DNA from: Neglectibacter caecimuris
GTDB lineage: Bacteria; Bacillota; Clostridia; Oscillospirales; Acutalibacteraceae
Assembly: GCF_034335015.1 (NCBI RefSeq)
Contig: NZ_JAWXXK010000008.1
Location: 64,833-96,832 of the forward strand
Direction: 5' to 3'
Length of the DNA stretch: 32,000 nt
Below the pieces are notes generated by a model. That model was not told where the DNA came from, did no database searches, and saw nothing but the letters and a program-made list of their open reading frames with translations. How positions within the stretch are numbered: the stretch's first letter is position 1; each line of letters opens with the position of its first letter. Below, in pieces: positions 31,850-32,000 of the stretch. The translations under genes were made by a program, and so were the position numbers.

Positions 31850-32000
31850 ATGCCGATTCGCATTTTTGTTGACCAGGGCCACAACCCCAGAGGCCACAAT
31901 ACCGGGGCCGTGGGAAACGGCCTGGTGGAGCAGGATATCACCTACGAGGTCGGGCTCTATCTGGCTCAGCTGCTAAATGACGACCCCCGCTTTACCGCCC
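31850..32000 (+). CDS. N-acetylmuramoyl-L-alanine amidase (Amidase_3-like), 5-prime partial at the window edge
   Basis: SD AGGAGG at 31835-31840 and ATG at 31850. Translation: MPIRIFVDQGHNPRGHNTGAVGNGLVEQDITYEVGLYLAQLL. The codon usage is more G+C-rich, consistent with the chromosome. Confidence 0.6.
   Translation, partial: MPIRIFVDQGHNPRGHNTGAVGNGLVEQDITYEVGLYLAQLLNDDPRFTA

Noticed and set aside
1-32000. CRISPR arrays, IS elements or transposases, toxin-antitoxin pairs and known phage-defence systems
   Set aside because: I looked for regularly spaced short repeats, DDE/serine/HUH transposase-like ORFs, and nuclease, helicase or ATPase defence gene sets. None were seen. The only recombinases are the relaxase and the tyrosine integrase.

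Overview
The window covers about 31.6 kb from the right-hand part of a mosaic integrative mobilizable or conjugative element. The proteins look Firmicutes/Clostridia-like, and the host call is only an impression. The element ends at a tRNA-Arg(CCU) locus, followed by more G+C-rich chromosomal DNA and the start of an amidase gene. The backbone genes are a pfam03432-type relaxase (227-1627), an OmpR-type winged-helix (wHTH) regulator, a sigma-70 region-4 protein, an excisionase and a tyrosine integrase (29920-31305). Several lower-GC cargo modules sit between them. (1) An orphan lantibiotic-immunity module: LanFEG-like ABC transporter, a lipoprotein and a two-component system. (2) A DUF2268 metalloprotease with a TipAS-type MerR regulator. 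(3) A BmrR-like MerR regulator followed by a TsaA/TrmO-like gene and a GNAT gene. (4) Two AraC-family regulators and a DUF3788 gene. (5) A complete vanD-type glycopeptide resistance operon (vanR-S-Y-H-ligase-X) with a PBP-type VanY. (6) A GntR/ABC/ABC-2/DUF6440 operon. (7) An alpha/beta hydrolase, a TetR regulator and a three-gene ABC exporter. I found no CRISPR array, transposase or recognisable phage-defence system. The observations most worth a second look are structural. A 712-bp relaxase duplication and a 499-bp wHTH-gene duplication bracket cargo blocks. A 46-bp twin-hairpin element occurs twice, and one copy ends exactly at a recombination junction. Both wHTH copies keep a conserved SD-ATG-GGA-AAT-TAG start context. 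About 680 bp between the sigma gene and xis is ORF-free, hairpin-rich and repeat-bearing. A multi-hairpin leader precedes the sigma gene. Three ATGAC-N15-GTCAT operators and two MerR-type N19 promoters are present. A truncated tRNA-like remnant with its own promoter lies next to the intact tRNA-Arg. All functional calls rest on motif recognition by eye, and no database search was run.
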